This document shows, piece after piece, positions 49,877 through 60,300 of a stretch of DNA of 64,000 nucleotides (positions are counted from its first letter, which is position 1; each line of letters begins with the position of its first letter). The stretch spans positions 1-64,000 of the forward strand of contig JAVJWO010000041.1 in NCBI GenBank assembly GCA_040222015.1. The letters are read 5' to 3'. Below the pieces are notes generated by a model, which saw only the letters and a program-made list of their open reading frames with translations, was not told where the DNA came from and made no database searches. The position numbers and the translations under genes were made by a program. The stretch comes from Coleofasciculus chthonoplastes F2-STO-03. GTDB taxonomy: Bacteria; Cyanobacteriota; Cyanobacteriia; Cyanobacteriales; Coleofasciculaceae.

Positions 49877-52800
49877 ATGGCTCAACTTGAAGACCTCACT
49901 CGTGGTGCAACTGTTAAAGGTATCTTACCCAATCACCATGTCACTGTCATTGACGCCAAGTGGCACGGCAGTGATGTGATTGAATTAACCTATAAAGATG
50001 CTAGTGGACAACCTCATACCGAACTCCTCTTTCGAGACCGAGAGCCGACATTAGATATCGTCACGGAAGGGCAACCTTGGAGTTTTGACGGTGATGGCGC
50101 ATTACTTCGACTCGTCTCAGAAGCCCATCGCATTCGGCTAGCTCATCTATTTGACCCACTGCTGGCTGTCCATACCTCCCTCGTCGAACCCCTCCCTCAC
50201 CAGATCACAGCCGTCTATGGGGAGATGCTCACCCGTCAGCCGCTGCGGTTCCTCTTAGCGGATGATCCGGGGGCGGGGAAAACGATTATGGCAGGGTTAT
50301 TTATCCGGGAGTTGCTGATTCGGGGGGATTTGCAACGCTGTCTGATTGTCTGTCCGGGGAGTCTGGCGGTACAGTGGCAAGATGAACTGTTTCACAAGTT
50401 TCATCTGCCCTTTGAGATTTTAACGAATGACCGCATCGAAGCGGCTCGCACGGGGAATGCTTTTGCCGAAATGTCGTTGGTTATCGTCCGGCTGGATAAG
50501 CTGAGCCGGAATGAGGATTTGCAAGCTAAGCTTGGTCAAACGGATTGGGATTTGGTGGTGGTGGATGAGGCGCATAAGATGTCAGCCTCGTTTTTTGGGG
50601 GAGAAATTAAGGAAACCAAGCGCTACAAGTTGGGTAAGCTGCTTTCAACGCTGACTCGTCACTTCCTGCTGATGACAGCGACTCCCCATAATGGTAAGGA
50701 AGAGGACTTTCAGCTTTTCTTGATGCTACTGGATGGCGATCGCTTTGAAGGGCGTTTCCGGGATGGGGTGCATGCTTGTGATACCTCGGACATGATTCGT
50801 CGCTTGGTTAAGGAAGATTTACTCAAGTTTGATGGCAAGCCTCTGTTTCCAGAACGTCTGGCACATACCGCCCAGTATTTGCTGTCTGATTTGGAAGCGG
50901 TTCTCTATAAGCAGGTGACGGATTATGTGCGAGAGGAATTCAATCGGGCTGAAGCCCTTGCCAATAATGGACGCAAAGGCACCGTTGGCTTTGCCTTGAC
51001 TATATTGCAACGTCGCCTTGCATCCTCCCCCGAAGCAATTTATCAGTCCCTGCAACGGCGGCGGGAGCGGTTACAGAAACGTCTGCGAGACGAGAAAATG
51101 CGATCGCGCGGATTGAGTTTGGAATTGGAATTTGGACTGACTATCGATTTGGAAGACTGGGACGATGATTTTGAGGAGTCTTCTACTGAGGAGCGGGAAA
51201 CGACGGAGGAAGAGGTCATTGATCTGGCGACAGCCGCTCGCACTATTACTGAACTGCAAGCCGAAATCGATCACTTGGGCGAACTGGAAAATCTAGCGCT
51301 GCGGGTGAGGCGCAGTGGCAAGGATCGTAAATGGGAGGAGCTATCGAAACTCCTGCAAGATCAGGCAGAAATGTTTGATGCTGGAGGTTATCGGCGTAAG
51401 CTGGTGATTTTTACTGAGCATCGAGATACGTTAAACTATTTGACGGAGCGCATCGGCACCCTGTTAGGTCGTCCTGAAGCCATTGTTACAATTCATGGCG
51501 GTATGAGTCGAGACTCTCGTAAACAGGCAGAAGAAGCCTTTAAGCAAGATCCAACCGTCGAAGTCTTGATTGCTACAGATGCAGCAGGTGAAGGGATTAA
51601 CCTGCAACGGGCGCATTTGATGGTGAACTATGACCTGCCTTGGAATCCCAATCGTCTGGAGCAGCGCTTTGGGCGGATTCACCGGATTGGGCAAACGGAA
51701 GTCTGTCACCTCTGGAATCTGGTGGCTGGGGAAACCCGCGAGGGGGATGTGTATCTGGCGCTGTTGCAGAAACTGGAAAAGGAGCAAAACGCGCTCGGCG
51801 GTAAGGTTTTCGATGTCTTGGGGAAAGCGATCGCGGGGAAGGAATTGCGGGAACTGCTGATCGAAGCAATTCGTTATGGCGATCGCGAGGATATCAAAGC
51901 GAAGCTTAACCAGGTGGTTGCCGATCGCCTCGATCAAGGGCGGCTACGGGAATTGCTAGAAGAACGTGCCTTGGCGCGAGACTCTATGGATGCGACGAAG
52001 GTGCAGCAAATCCGAGAGGACATGGAACGGGCAGAGGCGCGGAAACTTCAGCCCCATTTTATTGCTTCCTTTTTCTTGGCAGCTTTTCAGCGTTTGGGGG
52101 GTACGATTCGCCAACGGGAACCCAAGCGCTATGAGATTACCCATGTTCCGGCGGTGATTCGTAATCGCGATCGACAGATTAGCATAGGTGATCCGATTCT
52201 GCGGCGCTATGAGCGGGTTTGCTTTGAGAAGGAACTGATTAGCGTTCCTGGAAAACCCCTGGCGGATTTCATCTGTCCGGGTCATCCCCTCCTGGATGCT
52301 ACCCTCGATCTGACCTTAGAACGCCACCGTGATTTGCTGCGACAAGGAGCCATTTTAGTGGATCAAAATGATCCGGGTGAAGCGGTACGTGCTTTGGTTT
52401 ACTTGGAGCATTCCATCCAAGATGCTCGCACAGAACGGGAAGGTCGGCGTCGGGTTGTTTCTCGCCGGATGCAGTATGTAGAAATTGACACCACCGGACA
52501 GGCTAAGGGGGCAGGTTATGCTCCCTATCTCGACTATCGACCCCTAGAGGAAGCCGAAAAACCCCTCGTGGAATCGGTTCTGGGTTCTGTAGGGCTTCGA
52601 GATGAGATTGAAAGTCAAGCCACCAGCTATGCCATTGCCAACTTGGTTACTCCCCATCTCCAGGAGGTGGGGGAACGTAAACAGGAGTTAATTGAAAAGA
52701 CGGTTCGGGCGGTTAAGGATCGGCTAACTAAGGAAATTAACTATTGGGATCAACGGGCGGCAGATTTGCGGTTACAGGAACAAGCAGGTAAGCCCAATGC

Positions 52801-53446
52801 CAAGCTCAACTCGACAAAAGCCCAGCAACGGGCAGATGAGTTAGCCGCACGGCTGCAGAAGCGTCTGTCTGAATTGGAACAGGAACGCAAGCTGTCCCCG
52901 ATGCCGCCTGTGGTAGTTGGTGGGGCGCTGGTTGTACCTATTGGACTGTTGCAACGGCTGCAAGGCAAACGGGATTCGACTGCCACAATGTTTGCCAGAG
53001 AAACGAAGCGGGTAGAACAGTTGGCAATGGAAGCAGTGATGGCAGAGGAACGAGCATTCGGTTATCAGCCTCAGGATGTTAGTGCCAAAAAGTGTGGCTA
53101 TGACATCGAATCAGTTGTACCTGGAACCGGGCGGCTGCGGTTTATAGAAGTCAAGGGCAGAATAGAAGGAGCGGATACTGTCACGGTCACCAAAAATGAG
53201 ATCCTCACGGCTCTGAATCAGCCAGATCATTATATTTTGGCGTTGGTGCAGGTTCCCCCTAATCGAAAATTCCCGGAAGGGGATGCGTTTGTGGTTCGGG
53301 AAGCGAGGGGAGAGTATAAGCTACCAGGAAACGGCTGTGTGGTGCGTTATGTGAAGGAACCGTTTCAACGGGAGCCCGATTTTGGTGCGAGTAGCGTGAA
53401 CTACCACTGGCAGGAGTTATGGGAACGGGGGGAGGAACCGAGATGA
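49877..53446 (+). CDS. SNF2-family helicase with C-terminal DUF3883 (NOV_C) PD-(D/E)XK nuclease
   Basis: LLADDPGAGKT, VVDEAH, MTATPH, ATDAAGEGINLQ, PWNPNRLEQRFGRIHRIGQ; GYDIES...RFIEVKG. Confidence 0.93.
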   Translation: MAQLEDLTRGATVKGILPNHHVTVIDAKWHGSDVIELTYKDASGQPHTELLFRDREPTLDIVTEGQPWSFDGDGALLRLVSEAHRIRLAHLFDPLLAVHTSLVEPLPHQITAVYGEMLTRQPLRFLLADDPGAGKTIMAGLFIRELLIRGDLQRCLIVCPGSLAVQWQDELFHKFHLPFEILTNDRIEAARTGNAFAEMSLVIVRLDKLSRNEDLQAKLGQTDWDLVVVDEAHKMSASFFGGEIKETKRYKLGKLLSTLTRHFLLMTATPHNGKEEDFQLFLMLLDGDRFEGRFRDGVHACDTSDMIRRLVKEDLLKFDGKPLFPERLAHTAQYLLSDLEAVLYKQVTDYVREEFNRAEALANNGRKGTVGFALTILQRRLASSPEAIYQSLQRRRERLQKRLRDEKMRSRGLSLELEFGLTIDLEDWDDDFEESSTEERETTEEEVIDLATAARTITELQAEIDHLGELENLALRVRRSGKDRKWEELSKLLQDQAEMFDAGGYRRKLVIFTEHRDTLNYLTERIGTLLGRPEAIVTIHGGMSRDSRKQAEEAFKQDPTVEVLIATDAAGEGINLQRAHLMVNYDLPWNPNRLEQRFGRIHRIGQTEVCHLWNLVAGETREGDVYLALLQKLEKEQNALGGKVFDVLGKAIAGKELRELLIEAIRYGDREDIKAKLNQVVADRLDQGRLRELLEERALARDSMDATKVQQIREDMERAEARKLQPHFIASFFLAAFQRLGGTIRQREPKRYEITHVPAVIRNRDRQISIGDPILRRYERVCFEKELISVPGKPLADFICPGHPLLDATLDLTLERHRDLLRQGAILVDQNDPGEAVRALVYLEHSIQDARTEREGRRRVVSRRMQYVEIDTTGQAKGAGYAPYLDYRPLEEAEKPLVESVLGSVGLRDEIESQATSYAIANLVTPHLQEVGERKQELIEKTVRAVKDRLTKEINYWDQRAADLRLQEQAGKPNAKLNSTKAQQRADELAARLQKRLSELEQERKLSPMPPVVVGGALVVPIGLLQRLQGKRDSTATMFARETKRVEQLAMEAVMAEERAFGYQPQDVSAKKCGYDIESVVPGTGRLRFIEVKGRIEGADTVTVTKNEILTALNQPDHYILALVQVPPNRKFPEGDAFVVREARGEYKLPGNGCVVRYVKEPFQREPDFGASSVNYHWQELWERGEEPR

Positions 53447-54048
53447 GTTATCGAGAATTCACCTGGTCCAAGGCGAAGCAAGATTTTGGCTTAAAGACGA
53501 TTGAGGGCGATCGCTTTTTTCCGGTTCTCCCGGAAGTGCAACCCAGTTCCCTCTTGCAGGAAATGCTTCAGCGTAATATTCCTTGGGCGATCGCGGTTGG
53601 TAATGAAAAAGCTCGTTCTGAAGCGATTATTAATCCGATTCTGTTGGAGGTTCAGCAAGTCTTAGAGCGGAAAATCAGCGTTTTTTCAGGAGAAGAGTTC
53701 AATGTAGACCCCAAAGCTGGACTCAATGGCATCTGTGATTTTTTAATCAGTCAATCACCCGAGCAAATTGTGGTGGAAGCCCCGGTTTTGGTCGTGGTGG
53801 AAGCGAAAAAAGACGACTTGAAGCGAGGGATGGGACAGTGTTTGGCTGAGATGGTGGCAGCGCAGCGCTTTAACCGGGCGAATCAACAAGCAATTCCCAC
53901 GATTTATGGCAGTGTCACGACAGGAACGGCTTGGCGGTTTCTTAAGTTGGAGGACAGTATAGTAACAGTGGATTTGACGGATTATCCGGTTCCCCCGGTT
54001 GAACAGGTACTCAGTATTTTAGTCTGGATAGCCAATAACACCCGATGA
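53443..54048 (+). CDS. PD-(D/E)XK restriction-endonuclease-like protein (cyanobacterial HsdR_N/Uma2-like family)
   Basis: NEKARSEAIINPIL, GLNGICDFL, VVEAKK, GQCLAEM.AAQ.FN, GSVTTG..W.FL; ATGA overlaps with both neighbours. Confidence 0.82.
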   Translation: MSYREFTWSKAKQDFGLKTIEGDRFFPVLPEVQPSSLLQEMLQRNIPWAIAVGNEKARSEAIINPILLEVQQVLERKISVFSGEEFNVDPKAGLNGICDFLISQSPEQIVVEAPVLVVVEAKKDDLKRGMGQCLAEMVAAQRFNRANQQAIPTIYGSVTTGTAWRFLKLEDSIVTVDLTDYPVPPVEQVLSILVWIANNTR

Positions 54049-56939
54049 GAAAGAAGCTGATTGAAGTTGCCCTGCCTCTAGAAGCCATTAATGCAGAATC
54101 GGCTCGTGAAAAGTCGATTCGCCATGGGCATCCCTCAACGCTGCATCTGTGGTGGGCGAGACGACCATTGGCAGCTTGTCGAGCCGTGTTATGGGCGTCT
54201 TTGGTCGATGATCCGTCCAGTTGGGCGGATAGGTTTCCCACAGAAGAAGACCAGAAGCGGGAACGGCAGCGACTCTTTGATATTTTAGGGCGAATTACTA
54301 TCGAAACCGATAAAAAGGGGAATCAAAAGCAAGTGGTGCGCGGTTTGGTGTCCTGGGATGATATCAAAGAACCGGCAATCATTGACGAGGCACAAAAGGA
54401 AATTGCCCGATGTTTGGCGTGGGAACGGGGGGAAGAACCGCCAACGAAGCCAGAGGCGGTACGGGATTATATTGCTAAATATGCGCCGCCTGTCTATGAC
54501 CCTTTTGCTGGGGGTGGCTCGATTCCTTTGGAGGCGCAGCGCTTGGGATTAGAAGCTCATGCGAGTGATTTGAATCCGGTGGCGGTGTTGATTAATAAGG
54601 CATTAATTGAGATTCCGCCTAAGTTTAAAGATTTATCGCCTATTAATCCAGAAAATCGCCAGAAAAAGGGGATGAATGTTTGGAAAGGGGCGCAAGGATT
54701 GGCGGCGGATGTGCGCTTTTATGGGCAATGGATGCGGGATGAGGCGTTTAAGCGGATTGGGAATTTGTACCCGAAGGTGGAGTTACCAAAGGAGTATGGG
54801 GGAGGAAAAGCAACAGTAATCGCATGGTTGTGGGCAAGAACGGTGAAGTGTCCGAACCCGGCTTGTGGCTGTCAAATGCCTTTGGTGCGGAGTTTTCAGC
54901 TTTCGACGAAGAAGGGGAAAGAGGCTTGGGTTGAACCGCAAATTGACCGAGAGCAGACGCCGCCAGCGATTCGGTTTGAGGTGAAAACTGGGAAGGGAGA
55001 AGTTCCAGAAGGAACGGTGAGCCGCAAAGGTGCAGGGTGTATTGCTTGTGAAACGCCTGTGCCGTTTGACCATATTCGCAGTGAGGGCAAGGCGGGGCGG
55101 ATGAGTCAGCAGTTGATGGCGATTGTAGCTGAAGGGCAAAGTGGGCGGGTTTATCTTGCTCCTACTGAGGAACATGAAAAAATTGCCAATTCTGCTCAAC
55201 CCGAATGGAAACCAGATACCGATTTACCAGAACAAGCATTAGGTTTTCGAGTCCAGCTTTACGGTATGGTTAAACACGCCAATCTCTTCACCGATCGCCA
55301 ACTTGTTGCTCTAACCACCTTCAGCGATTTAGTCAGTGAGGCAAGGGAAAAGGCGACGCAAGATGCTATCTCTGCGGGTCTGTCTGATGATGATGTGCCG
55401 CTGAATGATGGCGGGACTGGGGCAAGAGCGTATGGAGATGCGATCGCAACTTATTTAGGATTGGGATTAAGTCGATTAAGTGATATTTGTAATGCTCTAT
55501 GCAGATGGGAAATTTCAAAAACTCAAGTTCGTAATTTATTTGGTCGTCAAGCCATTCCAATGGTTTGGGATTTTGCTGAAAATAACTTATTTGCTAATGC
55601 AGCAGGTGATTTTGCAGTTAGTTTGGGAAGCTTATTAAAAGTTGTTGAACGAATCCAACCGGGAATTCTAGGGTCAGCAAAACAAAAGGATGCAATGACA
55701 TCACTATCAACTACTCAGCGTTTCATTATTTCATCTGATCCTCCTTACTACGACAATATTGGTTACGCTGACCTCTCCGATTTCTTCTACGTCTGGCTCC
55801 GTCGCTCGCTTCAATCCATTTACTCCGATCTTTTCAGTACGCTTCTTGTTCCAAAATCTCAAGAACTCGTCGCTACGCCCTACCGCTTTGACGGTGATAA
55901 ACAAAAAGCTCAAACATTTTTTGAAGAGGGATTAGGCAAAGCCTTTAACCTAATGCATGAAGTTTCTGACACAGCTTATCCAATAACGATTTATTATGCT
56001 TTTAAACAAGCAGAGGCAGAACAAAAAGGAAAAGCTGATGCATCAGTTGCTTCTACAGGTTGGGAAACTATGCTGGAAGGCTTGATGAAAGCTGATTTCA
56101 GTATTGGCGGAACCTGGCCCATGCGAAGTGAACTAAGTAACCGCATGGTTGCTGATGATACCAACGCCCTCGCCTCCTCTATCGTCCTCGTCTGCCGCCC
56201 CCGCCCCACCGACGCACCCAAAACCACCCGCCGCCAATTCCTCACCGAACTCAAACGCCAACTCCCCAAAGCCCTGAAAACCCTGCAACAAGGCAACATC
56301 GCCCCCGTAGACCTCGCCCAAGCCAGCATCGGACCCGGTATGGCAGTCTTCTCTCAATACGCCGCCGTTCTCGAAAACGACGGTTCCCCCATGCGGGTTC
56401 GCACCGCCCTACAACTGATCAACCAAATCCTCGACGAATATCTCACCGAACAAGAAGGCGCATTTGACAGCGATACCCGCTGGGCGCTCACCTGGTTCGA
56501 GCAGTATCAATTTAACCCAGGACAGTATGGTGATGCTGAAACCCTTTCCAAAGCCAAAAATACCAGTGTTAGTGGCATGGTTGATGCGGGAATCCTAGAA
56601 GCAAAGGGCGGCAAAGTTCGCCTGCTCAAACGTGAGGAGTTGAAGTCAGACTGGAATCCCAATAGCGATAGCCGGATGCCTGATTGGGAAGTCACCCAAT
56701 ACCTCATCCACGAACTCGACCAAAAAGGCGAGATGGGGGCGGCTGAAATGTTGGCGAAATTAGGCGAAAGAGGCGAAATTGCCAGGGATTTAGCCTATCG
56801 ACTCTATAGCTTGTGCGATAGAAAAGGTTGGGCAGCCGAGGGCATTGCCTACAACAGCCTGGTTATCTCTTGGCCCGAAATTACTCGCTTGGCAAGTGAG
56901 TTTCAATCTCGACCAATTCAAGGCGACTTAGGATTTTAG
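54045..56939 (+). CDS. DUF1156 adenine-specific DNA methyltransferase with Zn ribbon
   Basis: LHLWWARRPL, DPFAGGGSIPLE (motif I), CPNPAC...CIAC, SDPPYYDNI (motif IV), TWPMRSE. Confidence 0.93.
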   Translation: MRKKLIEVALPLEAINAESAREKSIRHGHPSTLHLWWARRPLAACRAVLWASLVDDPSSWADRFPTEEDQKRERQRLFDILGRITIETDKKGNQKQVVRGLVSWDDIKEPAIIDEAQKEIARCLAWERGEEPPTKPEAVRDYIAKYAPPVYDPFAGGGSIPLEAQRLGLEAHASDLNPVAVLINKALIEIPPKFKDLSPINPENRQKKGMNVWKGAQGLAADVRFYGQWMRDEAFKRIGNLYPKVELPKEYGGGKATVIAWLWARTVKCPNPACGCQMPLVRSFQLSTKKGKEAWVEPQIDREQTPPAIRFEVKTGKGEVPEGTVSRKGAGCIACETPVPFDHIRSEGKAGRMSQQLMAIVAEGQSGRVYLAPTEEHEKIANSAQPEWKPDTDLPEQALGFRVQLYGMVKHANLFTDRQLVALTTFSDLVSEAREKATQDAISAGLSDDDVPLNDGGTGARAYGDAIATYLGLGLSRLSDICNALCRWEISKTQVRNLFGRQAIPMVWDFAENNLFANAAGDFAVSLGSLLKVVERIQPGILGSAKQKDAMTSLSTTQRFIISSDPPYYDNIGYADLSDFFYVWLRRSLQSIYSDLFSTLLVPKSQELVATPYRFDGDKQKAQTFFEEGLGKAFNLMHEVSDTAYPITIYYAFKQAEAEQKGKADASVASTGWETMLEGLMKADFSIGGTWPMRSELSNRMVADDTNALASSIVLVCRPRPTDAPKTTRRQFLTELKRQLPKALKTLQQGNIAPVDLAQASIGPGMAVFSQYAAVLENDGSPMRVRTALQLINQILDEYLTEQEGAFDSDTRWALTWFEQYQFNPGQYGDAETLSKAKNTSVSGMVDAGILEAKGGKVRLLKREELKSDWNPNSDSRMPDWEVTQYLIHELDQKGEMGAAEMLAKLGERGEIARDLAYRLYSLCDRKGWAAEGIAYNSLVISWPEITRLASEFQSRPIQGDLGF

Positions 56940-57027
56940 GTTTGAATTTGGGAATTCTAGAGGTGAAAATTAATGAAAGTACAAATCTTTTTCCCACTCT
57001 TCGAGAAGGACAAAGCCCTACATCCCC

Positions 57028-57164
57028 CAGAGGGGAGCCGGAGTGAGAGTTCAGGACTTGAATCCCCCTCACCCCCAGCCCCTCTCCCACCAGAGGAGAG
57101 GGGAGCCGGAGTTTCTAGTTCCCCTTCTCCCTCGATGGGAGAAGGGGTTAGGGGAAGAGGGTGA
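57028..57164. repeat. CCCTCTCCC...GGGAGAGGG-type hairpin cluster
   Basis: CCCTCTCCCACCAGAGGAGAGGG and CCCCTTCTCCCTCGATGGGAGAAGGGG inverted repeats. Confidence 0.65.
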
Positions 57165-57175
57165 ACAGCCTAAAG

Positions 57176-57375
57176 GCTTACCAGTATTGGTTTTTGCGTA
57201 ATGAACTTAAAATTTATACCCTGCAATCCGGTCAATATCAGCAAGTTTCTACAAGTCCCACATTGCCAATCCTCAATTAGTCGCCGAGGTACTTGAACAA
57301 AGTATCACCATTGGCAGAAGTCCCGCCTTACGAGCCTTTCGTCAGACCATTCAAACCCAAAAATCCCAACTCTAG
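57176..57375 (+). pseudogene. Frameshifted C-terminal fragment of a Uma2/DUF820 endonuclease
   Basis: AYQYWFLRNELKIYTLQSGQYQQVSTSPT, frameshift, then ANPQLVAEVLEQSITIGRSPALRAFRQTIQ-stop; resembles the Uma2 C-terminus. Confidence 0.65.
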
Positions 57376-57398
57376 CTGAAACCCCAAAACATAATAAC

Positions 57399-60300
57399 AT
57401 GGCAATTAGTAACCACGAACGAGTCGGTAGAGCCTTAAACTTACTGCGAGATGGACTCTATCCCTTCATTGAGCGAGAGATGAAAGCCAACTTTGGCGAG
57501 CGGTGGTTGAGTGCTGCCTCTGCTTGTCTTCCCGACCATTACGTGGCGCGTCGTGAGGTGAAAGATGTCCTCAAGGAAGATGTTTCTGCCTTACTGATGG
57601 TGATGTGGGAACAGTGGAATAACGTCTTCCGCAATACCCTGGGACGCTCCGAACGCAGCATCGTCAGCGAACTACGGGATACCCGTAACGACTGGGCGCA
57701 TACTAGCACCTTCTCCACCGATGACGCTTACCGCGCCCTCGACAGCATGGCTCGCCTCCTCTGTGCCATCTCAGCCACTGAAGCCGATCAAGTCGAAAAG
57801 CAGAAACAAGAACTCTTGCGGGTTCGCTTTGAAGGTCAAGCCCGTCGGGAAACTCGCCGTGCGGCTGTGGCTCCCACTGTCGGACAGCCGATGTCAGGAT
57901 TAAAACCCTGGCGCGAAATTACCACCCCTCACCCCGATGTCGCCTCAGGGCGCTACCAACAAGCTGAATTTGCCGCTGACCTGTGGCAAGTTTACCTGGA
58001 TGAAGGCTCCGATGAATACCGTGACCCCACAGAATTCTTCCGGCGTACCTACCTGACCGAGGGACTCAAGCAACTCCTGAGCGGGGCATTACTGCGCCTG
58101 AGTGGAAAAGGCGGCGATCCGGTGATTGAACTGCAAACCAACTTTGGTGGCGGTAAAACCCACGCCATGCTAGCACTGTATCATTTGTGCAATGCCTTAG
58201 CGATCGCGGATCTCCCTGGCATGGAACCCATCTTCCAAGAGACTAGCTTGACCAAACCCCCCCAAAACGTCAACGTCGCCGTCCTTGTGGGGAATAAACT
58301 CCAGCCCAGCGGTATCGCCCCCTACAAACCCGAACACAAGAGCCAAAACCGTCCTTTGATCAAAACCCTCTGGGGTGAATTAGCGTGGCAACTCGGCGGG
58401 TTAAAGGGCTATGAAATCGTTCGTAATGCCGATGAAACCTCCACCAATCCGGGTGATGCCCTCAAGGTACTCTTCAACCGCTTTTCCCCCTGTTTGATTC
58501 TGATCGATGAATGGGTTGCCTATGCTCGACAATTACACGACCGCAGCGATATTGCTGGTGGCAGTTTCGACACCCAATTCACCTTTGCTCAAACCCTGAG
58601 CGAGTCGGCTAAAAACGCCAAGCAGACTTTACTCGTTGTCAGTATTCCATCCTCTGATATTGAAATCGGAGGAGAGAGAGGCAAAGAAGCCCTTGATCGC
58701 CTCAAGAATGCGATCGGTCGCGTCGAGTCCCCTTGGCGACCCGCCAGCGCTGAAGAAAGCTTTGAGATCGTGCGACGGCGGCTGTTTCAGATCGCGGCTG
58801 ACCCCAACCTCTTTGTCCAACGGGATGCTGTGATCCGGGCTTTCTCAGAAATGTACCGCACTCAGAGACAGGAGTTTCCCGCTGAATGCAAAGAAGGCGA
58901 CTATGAGCGACGGATGCGAGACGCCTATCCGATTCATCCCGAACTCTTTGATCGCCTCTACTCCGACTGGTCTAGTCTGGATAAATTCCAGCGTACCCGT
59001 GGCGTGCTGCGCCTGATGGCAAAAGTGATTCACTCCCTCTGGGAACGCAACGACCAAAGCCTAATGATTATGCCAGCCCACGTCCCCATGGACGACTCCC
59101 AGGTGCAGTCCGAACTAACCCGCTACCTGGACGATAACTGGATTCCCGTTATTGATAAAGACGTAGACGGCCCGAACTCCCTACCCCTGGCGCTAGACCG
59201 ACAGAACCCCAATCTAGGGCGTTACTCTGCCTGTCGCCGAGTGACTCGCTCGATTTACATGGGTTCTGCCCCCACTCTACGAGCAGCCAATCGCGGACTG
59301 GAAGACCGCAGAATCAAACTCGCTTGCGTCCAGCCTGGAGAAACCGCCGCCACCTTTGGCGATGCCCTGCGCCGTCTCACCGACCAAGCCACCTACCTCT
59401 ACATCGACGGTAACCGCTACTGGGTTTCAACCCAACCCAATGTCAACCGCACCGCCCAAGAACGAGCTAATCAATACCAGAGCGATCGTTACAAGGTTTG
59501 GGAAGAAATCATCAAACGACTAAAAAATGATAAGTCGCGCAATGAGTTCAGTGCCGTCCATATTGCCCCGGAATCAACCGCAGATATTCCCGATGACCCC
59601 AGTTTGGGAGTGCGTCTTGTCGTGCTTGCTCCCCAGCATCCCTACAGCCGTCTCAGCGACGATACCTCCGCTCGCCAATGGATTGAAGATGCCCTAAACC
59701 ACAAAGGAAGCAGTCCTCGCTACTACAAAAATACCCTGCTTTTCCTGGCTCCAGACAAAGCCAAAATTGAGAACCTAGAGCGGAATGTCGCTCAATACCT
59801 CGCCTGGGAGTCGATTCTCGCTGACGACAAGAAGAAAACCCTGAATCTCGATAACTTTCAGCGGAGTCAGGCAGAAACGAAAAGGGATGGAACGAACAAA
59901 GATGTTGATAATATTCTCAACGATACCTATCAATGGCTCTTAGTGCCGATGCAACCGGATGCCCAAGGCGGTATCGAATGGAAGGAAACGCGGCTGCAAG
60001 GTCAAGACTCACCGATCGCGCGAGCAAGCAAAAAAGCTGTCCATGAAGGCGATCTCCTTGACAATTACGCCGCGACAAACCTACGCCTAGAAGCCCTAGA
60101 TAAGTTCCTCTGGCGAGAAACCAACCATATCGACTTGAAGCGCCTCTGGGAGTACCTCACCCAATACCTTTACCTGCCGCGATTGAAAGACCAAAATGTC
60201 CTCCTCGAAGCCATCCGCAATGGCGTTACATCAACGATTTGGGCGGATAACTTCGCCTATGCTGAGGGATTTGACGAAGAAACGGGAAAATATCTCGGTT

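Noticed and set aside
56973..57164. 63-aa Pro/Ser/Gly-rich ORF inside the defence operon
   Set aside because: It is a translation of the hairpin repeat cluster
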